64,000 nt of DNA from Nageia nagi (lineage: Eukaryota > Plantae > Pinophyta). Where the stretch lies: positions 44,578,001 through 44,642,000 of the forward strand of contig JBITNC010000001.1 in assembly GCA_050084985.1 (NCBI GenBank). The letters are read 5' to 3'. Of this stretch, positions 53,699 to 64,000 are shown piece after piece. Positions within the stretch are counted from its first letter, which is position 1, and every line of letters begins with the position of its first letter. Made by a program: the position numbers and the translations under genes. Below the pieces are notes generated by a model. It was given only the letters and a program-made list of their open reading frames with translations. It did not search any database and had not been told where the DNA came from.

Positions 53699-55517
53699 TT
53701 GGTGTCTGTAATATTCTAGAAAATATATTGACTGAGATAAGATTAAAGTTTATGCATTTATTGCAACAGTGGTAGAGGATCAGATGCGTGAGACTGGGAT
53801 AATGCTGGCATTCATTTTAAAAAAAATTATCTTCTCATTAATTTATGAAATTTTCAATATTCTTTACAGATAGCGGACAAGTGGTATGGGAGAACAAACA
53901 TAGCTGTCTATGGCCCTGAATGGTCCAGACGACAGAGACAAACAAAAACTGCCTTCTAGTAACCAAAATAGTGGTTAGAAATAGAATCTGTATTTCCTTT
54001 TATATCAGAACATACAGAAGTTCTATTTTCTGATTCCTTGTTAGTTCATCAAATGTTATCCAAAATGATTTTAGGCCATTCCTGATTATTATGTTATCCA
54101 GAATGGCATTTCTGGATTTAGTCTAATTTGTTCCATATCTTCCTTCTCCCCAACAAAGTCTTACATTGTATTTTAGTGATGGTGAAAAGCACTCACAATT
54201 CAATCGAGCATTATAGGCAAGGCAATATAGTATCTCCTAAGAGAACCCTCTCTTGGACAAAATCTCTTGATACTTGTAATATACATACTGCTCTATGGTC
54301 GTAAATTTACAACTTGCTGAAAGACATACCACTTTGTGATCTTTTAGCATGTCAAAAGCAACTAAACTAAACCGCTAATGGTACTGCTATTAAAGTTAAC
54401 AAATAATCCAAGCTAAAAGCTTGTGGATATATATTTCTCTGCGAGGATGTGGTTATTAAAAGCCAAGAAATTGCCACCATTAATTCACAATAACATTAGC
54501 ACTAATTCAAAAGAACATTAGCATACTGCTTTTGTGTTTAGAGTCGTATTTATTCTGAAGACTCGGCGTACTATTACAAGAGATATGGTGTACTTAGTAC
54601 AAATTATTGTTCTATTGTTCTCTTTTAAATTGTGCTATTTTGCACATAATCTAAACATTTCCGTAACTCCATGTTAGTGTAAGATTATTTTAAGGTTCTG
54701 TTTGTAAAATCGTGGTTTTAATTTTTAAGTTTTGGAAAGGGATAAGTTATAAATATATAATAAAAATCGACAACCGGGTGAACTGTTCCAAAGTCATTGG
54801 TAGATAGTGGTATATGAATATTTAGTGATGGTAAGGTAGAAATCACTCTTAATCTGATATAGTGAATGGAATATATCATGTTTGAGAATAAAGTTTAGAT
54901 ATAGTTACAGGATTTGTCATCCATTTGTGTTCATTCTATTTGCATCTGCAATACAAAGTTACACTGTTACACTTGAAACGCAGTCTCATGAGGTCTTTTC
55001 TTTCAATGTCTTTTGGATTTGCCAGTGGAATTCATCTTTGGTTGGATAGGATCTCCATTTGTCTTATTCATTCTAAAGCACATAATTTTTTAGTTGAAAT
55101 GTCAAATCTAGATGAATGTTTTATTTTACCTACAAAGTAGACTTGTGAATCATTTATAAGTTCTAATGAGTGATCGCTCATGTTTCTTAGAGAAATATTA
55201 GAGGAGATATAGCATCCACAAATTGCTTTCTGCGTGCGTGTCCAGATGAGATGTCCTTTTTAAACTTTTGGAAGTAACAGTTTAGGGCCTTGCAAAAAGT
55301 GTTCTCATTCTAGATTTTTTTGTAATATGTAGTGCAGGCTACTCTCCACTAATGGAATTGCTTAGAACTCATAGAAAAATAGTTTTAGGGGAATGATTAG
55401 TGACAGCCAATCTAAACCGCTTTTGATGTAGCATAATAGGTAGAATATCACTATTGAATTTACTTCCTTTTGGATTTGCGGGTAGAATCAAAGGTACAAA
55501 ACAATAAAAAGTCAGAC

Positions 55518-55935
55518 TTGTATGCTAGGGTTAAGAACATCATCCATAGCTCCAACAAGTGCACGCAGAACCCATTGGTGAAATTGTTGCAAATCAGGCC
55601 CCATGTTTGTTGATAGCTGATAAATCGCATCAAGGCCTGCTCGTTGCACTCATAAATCTGCATCTTTGAAAAAGTTCAAAATCATATTGACTACTTGCTT
55701 CAGATTTTCTATCATCACCTGTCCACATAAATCCAGGGTGTAGGATATATGCATCAATCTCAGTATCTTTACAATGAGTTCAGCAAATGTAATAAGGGCA
55801 GCATGTCTCTTCCTTCAACCGGGATCCACCAAATAAAGCAGCCGCAACTTGCACACAGCAGAGACAATCGTATTTGCCTTTTTTCCTTCTTGTGTAAAGG
55901 TGAGGCGATACAAGCGCAGCCGCACATGGCATAAT
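55518..55935 (-). pseudogene. Importin-5 / importin-beta3 (plant KETCH1/EMB2734-like) HEAT-repeat fragment, two exons
   Basis: Exon 55518-55718 (CAG|...|GT) translates VMIENLKQVVNMILNFFKDADL*VQRAGLDAIYQLSTNMGPDLQQFHQWVLRALVGAMDDVLNPSIQ. The upstream exon reads ANTIVSAV...YLVDPG*RKRHAALITFAEL. Both match importin-5 (NTIVP..W..HHA.LI.LAQ; NAIGQLSTD.GPDLQ...VLPAL..AMDD..NPRVQ). Confidence 0.85.
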
Positions 55936-56417
55936 AGAATCACACCCCTTTTCTTTCTTTATTTTTGCTTTGTCATTCTTCCTTTATAAAGTAAAATGGA
56001 ATAGCAAATTCAATCAATCTAAAAGAATTCCTTGTGTTAATTTTATCTTGCATTGTTCTTCGGATTGTGCCTTTTTGAAAATTTGCTTTTGATTAGGGAT
56101 TTGGAGCGATGGAGCATATTAATGAGGTTAATGAGGTATTGCTAAATCTATGTTCGAATAATCCTAGGAGGCTGTTTGCTAGTCTTCAACACATTGAATG
56201 CGTCTTGGAAGCCAGCACTTTATTAACCTCATTAATTACATCGCTCCAAAATTTTAATCAAAAGCAAATTTTCAAAAAGGCGTAGTCCAAAGAACAATGC
56301 AAGATCAAATTAACCCACACAGGAAGTTCTCTAAGATTGAATTTGTTATTCCATTTTACTTTATAAAGGAAGAACAACAAAGTAAAAGTAAAGAAAGAAA
56401 AGGGGTTTGATTCTATT
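55933..56417. repeat. Long inverted repeat (arms ~55933-56140 and ~56214-56417, loop ~73 nt)
   Basis: For example CTTTATAAAGTAAAATGGAATA pairs with TATTCCATTTTACTTTATAAG, and CCTTTTTGAAAATTTGCTTTTGATTA pairs with TAATCAAAAGCAAATTTTCAAAAAGG. Confidence 0.92.
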
Positions 56418-56571
56418 CCATTTTGTACAATTTGCATCATTTTATTTTATCATAGATCTGTGTTGGTATTTGTCTAGATTCCATATACAAATAATAGTAA
56501 TAAATCAAGTTTCAACATTTAACTTTGTCTTGGTGTTTAATGTATAATTATATTTTGGTGAAGTTGATATT

Positions 56572-58388
56572 AGGTGGGGCGAAGAGCAACTCGCATGAAA
56601 CACACGAGTGAAGAACGGCACACCTGGACAAGCGCATGTAAATAACTGACATGCCTATTCTTCGTAGTATTACCATGGATTGAGCAGTGGGTAGCCGTTG
56701 ATAGGAAAGACAGATGGAAATATCAAATTCGATGATTAGGGTGGCAGATTGGGAAACATGATATAGAAATGAACACCCGTGGCTATTCAATGTTCTGATT
56801 GCATGCAGGGAAAATGATAGACTAGAACCAGCTAGAACCAGCTACGGGAGAAGAGGTCATACAGAACCAAATTGTCTAGCGAATCCTATGTGATGGGGCC
56901 ATAGAAGGATTTGTGGACGCTCTAAATGGCCATAACTGCAATTGGTCAAGACAAGTTGCAAAAACTTGGAATGGGGGTAGAGTTGTGGTTGACGGGCACC
57001 ACTTTTCAATCAGTCCTAAATTGATTGAAGCAGCTACGAGTATGGCCAATTTGGGTCATAGGCACAGCAGGGAGATGCAAACACCAGTCTTTGAAGTGCA
57101 AGCTTTCTACGGGCAAGGGGCCTCCATCGGAGACAAGGAAATCGGCCTACCCAATCACCTCAATTTTGTACCCCTTGGACGAGGTGGCGAAGGTAATTGT
57201 GAAATTATTTACTATGGAGGGTAGATATTCTGAAATCTTCGAGGTCCATTTTGTTTTACAGAACCACTTCAAAGGATTGTATAGAATCAATCTTCCCTAC
57301 TTTCTATACAATTCACTGGATATATACATTAGGAAAAATAGGGGAGGGGTATCGGATCATCAAGGTTTGATCAGGATCCTTGTGGACTATGAGCATACTG
57401 GTGCAAGAAGGGTGAGGCCTTTGGTACAGCAAATGTCGGAACCTCCTCCAGTAGACCCAGCATCCACAAGCTCTTTTAGCAGCAGCTCAAGACTACGGCT
57501 TCCTCCAATAGTGAAGCTTGTCACACCCCCGATTATTGTTGTTTCTTCAAACTTGGAGGACTCTTTATATGAACGTCATGATAGTGAAGCAACCTCAAGG
57601 AAAAAAGGCAAATTTGTGGTGGAGTCTGAAGATGAAGATGATGCGGAGGAGGTAGAGGAAGTGCCCCCTCAAGAAGAAACCCAGTGGTCTTCTCCAGCAA
57701 TGGAGGAAATGGATATTGGAGGTACTTCTCCTACGGGCTCCCAAAGTTGGTTGAATGAGGTTACTCATGTAAATAACCAGGCTCGTCCAGAGCAACAGCC
57801 CCCTCAGATGGACAGCTCTAGGAAGGACTCTGAAGGCCCAAGCAAGTTGATGACTCTTATTCTAAAGATGAAATTTTGGAAAATCTACAGGAAGCAAAGG
57901 CATTTTGAAGAATGGGAACGAATTGGATGACGAGGCCAAGAATGGAGGAATGTCAGATTGGTTAGACAGGTAATGAAGGCCATTCAATACCTGTGGTACA
58001 ACAAATAGAAGCTTGATGGGGATCAATGGAAGGTAACTCTGGCCTCTACATAGAAGGAAATCCCTTTGGCTATCCCAATCCAACATTCAGAAGGATTGTC
58101 TAACATGGAAATTGAACTACTCTAGGATTGCTTCAATAAGAAAGATTCAAACTTTGAGGTAGATTGGAGCTCAATGGTGCTGCCAGTGCGTGGATGGTGT
58201 GATCAAGAACCAACAAAGAAAGATAGATGCTCATAGGATTTTGTTGAAACTACGAGGAACTTTTGTGATAGCTTTTTGAATCATCTTAATACTGTAGAAC
58301 CTCTATACACTCATGTACATACAGATTTTGGGGCCCTATTTTTGGAAAACCCGCTTTAATCTTTTTACCCTTATCGAAAAAAAAAAAA
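56572..58388 (+). mobile_element. Poly(A)-tailed, TSD-flanked retroposed element carrying a Gypsy-type accessory ORF (no RT)
   Basis: TSD AAG(T/C)TGATATT at 56561-56571 and 58389-58399. A14 tail after CCCTTATCG. Frameshifted ORF ~56803-58200. Confidence 0.75.
56803..57930 (+). pseudogene. Frameshifted ORF resembling the Tat/Athila extra ORF (putative plant transposon protein domain) with an acidic low-complexity C-terminus
   Basis: GKM.RLEP start; FVDALNGH...TWNGGRVVVDG..FSISPKLIEAAT (56913 ORF); EVAKVIVKLFTMEGRY..IF.VHFVLQNHF....INLPYFLYNSL...HQGLIRIL (57025 ORF). Confidence 0.6.
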
Positions 58389-59520
58389 AAGCTGATATTG
58401 TTCATGTGATATACAAAAAAAGAAATAGATCTCAAATGATAAGTGACAATTTAAACAGAATTTTCTTTATAATCATATGGGTTTTTATTATTTAAAAGTG
58501 TTTTTACTATTTAAATGGATGTAAACATGTTTATACATATAATGTTGTATGTATATTATAAAATTAAATGAATAGAGGAGAAATATAACCAATTTTAGTT
58601 TCGATCATCATCATGCATAGATGGGCTCTTGTTCTTAGTTATATATCAAGTGAATACAATAGTTTCTTTATTTCACGAGGTGAACACACAATGTACAAGA
58701 AAAATAAATATGAAGTGTTTATATTTGTAATAAATAGTACTATAATCAAATTTGATCAAATATATTATCAATTAGGTTTAAAAGAGATTAAAAAAAATAA
58801 TATTTGAAGAAAATAAAATCTGAAATAATTATTCATTTGAGAAATTTTAAATAACCCAAATTGATTTAGAACTCATTTTTTTATTTCTCCCTGTAAAAGA
58901 GATGAAGTATCACAACTTCAAAAAAAATTGGAGCAAAAATTAGAGGTAAATCTATCCTATAGGCTACGACAAAGAAGATACATGAAGTGATAAGTCCATA
59001 TAAGTTGAGCGATTAAAACCTTTAATACTATAAATGATGAATCAAAGGATATTGATGGATATGCCATGCTCAACATAGAGAATTATTCATTTAATGAAAT
59101 GATAATTGATGGAATTAAAATTATTCTAAGTTAAACAAGAGTTTGAATAGAGGGCTACATTTGAATTCAAAACAAATTTTTCAATATTCTCATCAAACAT
59201 ACAAATCACAATTCATTTTCTTCTTCTATTTTATCCCTAAAATCATTATATAAATAAGTCTAATCAACTCTTCAAGTATTTTGAGCATCAACCTTTGAAA
59301 GATGAAGAAACAATGCGTTGAAAATATGAAGATGATAAACTAATAGATTAATAAATTCCATTGAATCATTTCGTGTTTGAATAGAGCTTTATTACTAGCA
59401 TCACTAATACTTCCATTGTTAAACAAAACACTCCCCTTGTTAATGTATCATGGCTGTCGTCAAGATTGCATGCCAAAGAATCCCACATCTAATTGTTTGT
59501 CCATGAATGTTCATGCCCCA

Positions 59521-62500
59521 TGTGACAATACCAAATTGAGCCACCCCTTGGAGCATGGCTACCGAAGGTACTACCACCACTAGCATCAAGTAGACAGTAC
59601 ATCTACCTAGGTGTCAATCTAATGGGCATCACCCCTACTAGGATCACCTCTTACGGCATAACCCAAGGGTCTAGCTACCTCTACCTTTTGTCGATTCCTA
59701 TCCAACAAAAGTCTTGGCCCCTTGGAACACCAGGTTGTCATAGTTACCAAAGATACAGAGCTCGCCACCCAACCAACGAACTTTGAGCGGGTTTCACCCC
59801 TAAGGTCCCCCTGAGCTTTATTCACTCTATTGCCTCGTCTAGTCCATCCATTGGAACGAACTATCACACTTGTTCACCATGGTTCCTAAGGTACGGTATT
59901 CCGAGTATAGAGGTGGTCCTTGTGAGCTAAAGGTTGCGATTCGCTCACTTGCACCCCCATGAGAGGTCACCCTCTCATATTCTCCACCACTTAGAGATGT
60001 TGACGACCACATCAACATAATATACCGAAAGGGCAAGGAAAATCTATCGGGCCTTCGACAACAACATGCTCAATCGTGCCACCAATACTTCTCATGGCCT
60101 TCAGCAAGGAACTCATGTATCTTGTCTTCAAAGTTCCACAAACTTTCTGCTCTTTCCCAGGTAGCATTCTCTATGGCTTCACCTTCCCAACTAACAAGGT
60201 ATTTGGTCTTCTTTATTTTGCCAAATCCCTTTGTTCTCACACCCTTAATCTCTCTTACTGTTTTTTGTGGTTTGTCCACAATCCTTGCAAGTGGACGTGT
60301 AGGTTGTGTCTTATCTGGATTCTCCAAGACTTCTACACAAGGACGCAATTGGCTAACATGAAAAACATTGTGCATATGCAAGTGATCAAGCAGTTGAATC
60401 CCATAAGCCACTTTCCCAATCCGCTTTATAACTCGAAACAACCGTTCATGTCTAATGAGAGACTTTGATGTTCTAGGTGCATGTTTGAAGTGATCCCCAT
60501 CAATTCTCAAAAATGCAAAGTCCCCAACCTTGAATTCCAACTCCCAACGTCCTTCATCTACATTTTTCCTCATTCGCTCTTGAGCCTGCACTAAGTACTC
60601 ATATGCACAATCTACCCTCTCCTTCCAATCTTCCAAATATCGAGCCATTGACAGACAAGTATTGTAATACTAGGAACAATTGTGTGGAGAGCAATCGGTT
60701 GCCTGCCCATAGCAAGTTCAAAGGGAGTATATTTATTTGAGGTTGACTTTTGGCTATTATAACAAAACTGTGTTGTTTCCAAAAGATCATGCCAATTAGT
60801 TTGGTTGGAAGACACAACGTCTCAAGTACTCCTTCAATATCCCATTTATCCTCTTCGTCTACCCATCTGAGGGTGACGGTTGGTTGACATCAACAACTTT
60901 GTACCCATCATTTTGAACAAATCCACCCAGATGTTGATAGTGAACCAAGCATCTCTTTTGGATAAAATATTCAATGGTATGCCCCAGTACTTAACCACAT
61001 ACTTGAAGAAATAATCGACTGTTGAAGATGCCTCACATGGATTCTAGTATAGCTGTGGACATTTGGTAGGTTGGTAATGAATTGCATGCTGACACTGACC
61101 CAAGGTCTAAAAAACACGAGGAGGGGTTGGAGTAAGCCTGTCGGATGTCTTCTCTCACTTTTATCCTATTGCCATTACAAACAACTCCTCACATAGTTCT
61201 CCACATCTTTGAACATATTCAGCCAATAAAACACTATTGTAATCAAAGCCAATGTTCTATCCCTCCCAGGATGTCCTACCCAAGGTGAGTCATGACACTC
61301 ATTCAACAGTTACTTTCTTAACCCATCCCATTTCGGCACATAGATCCTGCTGACTCCATACAACAACAAACCCATACGTATCCTAAACTTACTCAATCAA
61401 TTCACTTCTGCAAACTTCTCAAATGAAGCTAGCATAACCTTTGCTTGAGGATCCTTTTCCATTGCTTCCCTTATTCTCGAAATAAGATCATCTGAGAGTT
61501 GTACCTAGCCTTGTTGGTTTGATTGATTCTTGTCTTTGTTCACTTCTTCTTGGCCATTCAACATTGTTGTGAGGGCACGATGTGGTTTCTACCTCACTTG
61601 AGTTGGGGCGAGCTCTTGTGAGCTGTCATCTTTCTCTCTCAACTGTGACTTACGACTTAAAGCATCTGCCATTGCATTCTTCTTTCTTGGGTTATATCTG
61701 AACTCCACATCATAGTATGCTATGAAATCTACCCAACGTGCTTTCTTCCTCGTTAACTTGTTTGAGGTTTTGAAGTAGGTGTTGTATACGTTATCTTTTT
61801 TGACCAAGAAGGGAGTTTCCAAAAGGTAGTGTCTCCATACCCTCAAACAATGCAATACAACCACCATCTCTTTATCATGTGTGGGATAATTCCTTTCCAC
61901 ATCTTTTAACTTCTAAGACTCGTAGGCCACGTGGTGCCCCTCCTGAACCAAGACACTACCAATTGCAAAGTCTGACACATCCATGTGCTCTTCAAAAGGT
62001 TTAGAGAAATTAGGTAAGGCCAACACGAGAGACATTGTAAGTTTTTCTTTTAGCTTTTCAAATGCCTTTTATCTAGTCGTCATCCACCGCCATCTCATTC
62101 CTTTTATCATGTGTGGGATAATTCCTTTCCACATCTTTTAACTTCTAAGACTCGTAGGCCACGTGGTGCCCCTCCTGAACCAAGACACTACCAATTGCAA
62201 AGTCTGACACATCCATGTGCTCTTCAAAAGGTTTAGAGAAATTAGGTAAGGCCAACACGAGAGACATTGTAAGTTTTTCTTTTAGCTTTTCAAATGCCTT
62301 TTATCTAGTCGTCATCCACCGCCATCTCATTCCTTTTATCATGTGTGGGATAATTCCTTTCCACATCTTTTAACTTGTAAGACTCGTAGGCCACGTGGTG
62401 CCCCTCCTGAACCAAGACACTACCAATTGCAAAGTCTGACACATCCGTGTGCTCTTCAAAAGGTTTAGAGAAATTAGGTAAGGCCAACACGAGAGACATT

Positions 62501-63150
62501 GTAAGTTTTTCTTTTAGCTTTTCAAATGCCTTTTATCTAGTCGTCATCCACCGCCATCTCATTCCTTTCCTCAACAATTGGGTAAGGGGTGCGACAATCT
62601 TGGAATATCCAAATACAAACTTTTTGTAATAGTTGGTGAATATCCATGGGGGCTCCTAGTCTCAAATGGCATCCAACTTCTTAGACTCTGGCTTGAAAAT
62701 TCCACCCCACCACAATATACCCCAAGGAAGTTCACTTCAATCTATGCAAAGGCACACTTCTCTCTTTTCACATATAGTTAATTATCCTCAAGCTTCTCAA
62801 AAACAAATGCTAGGTGATTCTTATGGTCATCCAAGGTCCTAAAGTACACCAAAATATCATCCAAGTAGACCAACACAAATTTATCCAAGTATGGGCAGAA
62901 TACATCATTCATGAGTGTACAAAACGTTGCAAGAACATTACACAAAGCAAACGACATGAATAAAATCATATGAACCATATCTAGTCACACAAGTTGTCTT
63001 CTCCTCACCCCCATCTACAATTCTGACTTGATAGTAGCCCCGCTTCAAGTCCAACTTGGAGAAGTATATTGCATTGCCCAATCGATCAAAACAATCCTCA
63101 ATCAATTGTAGGGGGTACTTGTTCTTCACCGTTATTTTGTTGATGGCGAG
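59521..63150 (-). mobile_element. Chromovirus Gypsy element (Galadriel-like): RT, RH, INT, chromodomain, 3' LTR; 5'-truncated
   Basis: YFSKLDLKRGYYQVRI, VYLDDIL, TDVSDFAIG, NAMADALSRK, MHNVFHVSQL and chromodomain YLVSWEG..IENATWE...LWNF. LTR-like ~59521-60066 starting TGTGACA. Confidence 0.9.
61869..62564. repeat. Three near-identical 232-bp tandem copies of the RNase H start
   Basis: Units start at 61869, 62101 and 62333. Unit 3 differs by about two substitutions. Confidence 0.95.
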
Positions 63151-63154
63151 ACAG

Positions 63155-64000
63155 TTTGAAGAAGTACCTGAGATGTTATGTGATTTCCGACCAAACTAAT
63201 TGGCTTGATCTTTTGGACACAAAACAATTTTGTTATAATAGCCAAAAGTCAACCTCAAATAAATATACTCCCTTTGAACTTGCTACGAGCAAGCAACCGA
63301 TTGCTCCCCACACGATTGTTTTTTAGTATTACAATACCTATCCATTAGCAGCTCGATATTTGGAGGATTGGAAGGAGAGGGTAGACTGTGCATAGGAGTA
63401 CTTATTGTAGGCTCAAGAGCAAATGAGGAAAAATGTAGATGAAGGACATCGAAAGTTGGAATTCAAGGTTGGGACTTGGTGTTTTTGAGAATTGATGGGA
63501 ATCACTTCAAACATGCACCTGGAACATCAAAGTCTCTCACTAGACGATATGAAGGGTCGTTCAAAGTTATAAAGCGGATTGGGAAAGTGGCTTATGGGGT
63601 TCAGCTACCTGATGACTTGCATATGCACAATATTTTTCATGTCAGCCAATTGTGTTCTTGTGTAGAAGGCTTGGAGAATCCAAAGAGGATGCAAACTACA
63701 CGTCCACCTGCAAGGATTGTGGACAAACTGCAAAAAACAGTAAGAGAGATTAAAGGTGTGAGAAAAAGGGGATTTGGCAAAATAAAGAAGACCAAATACC
63801 TTATCATTGGAAAGGTGAAAACATAGAGAATGATACATGGGAAAAAGCAAAAAGTTTCTGGAACTTTGAAGACAAGATACAAGAGTACTTTACTGAAGAC
63901 TGAATACCTTATCAGCTGGGAAGGTGAAAACATAGAGAATGATACATGGGAAAGAACAAAACGTTTGTGGAACTTCGAAGACAAGATACATGAGAGAATA
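63155..64000 (+). mobile_element. Inverted second copy of the integrase C-terminus/chromodomain, with a further short chromodomain duplication at ~63903-63995
   Basis: ORF 63476-63826 is a close paralogue of 60070-60648 on the opposite strand. Confidence 0.9.

Noticed and set aside
53870-53975. Plus-strand exon-like block
   Set aside because: The frames I checked stop quickly and no homology was recognised.
50766-55935. Functional LOS4 or importin gene
   Set aside because: In-frame stops, broken Walker A/DEAD motifs and most exons absent.
61869-62564. Regular repeats as a possible CRISPR-like array
   Set aside because: The units are contiguous duplicates of RNase H coding sequence with no unique spacers, in a eukaryotic context. 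The same applies to 1474-1815 and 52323-52440.

Overview
Eukaryotic, AT-rich, transposon-dominated plant DNA, most likely a gymnosperm (conifer); this is inferred from a Tat-type Gypsy element with PROT-aRH-RT-RH-INT domain order and from the TE repertoire. I see no intact host gene. Left to right: degenerate LTR remnants; a decayed Tat Gypsy element (5.3-16 kb, minus) with a very large 3' accessory ORF; a Copia fragment; a pol-less gag + antisense, intron-containing plant-mobile-domain (PMD) element (18.5-32.5 kb) with a complete nested Copia (two LTRs, PBS, PPT, CAAAG TSD); LINE and Gypsy remnants; a TE-poor stretch with exon-like segments, tRNA-derived SINEs and CACTA ends; a non-autonomous Gypsy with long repetitive ORFs; a hAT transposase with a nested MITE; intron-containing pseudogene fragments of two nuclear-transport genes (DDX19/LOS4 in tandem, importin-5/KETCH1) next to a ~200-bp-arm hairpin; a 1.8-kb poly(A)-tailed, TSD-flanked retroposon carrying an LTR-retrotransposon-type accessory ORF instead of an RT (the most unusual item); and a rearranged chromovirus. 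All homology calls are from motif recognition by eye, not database searches, and many boundaries are approximate.
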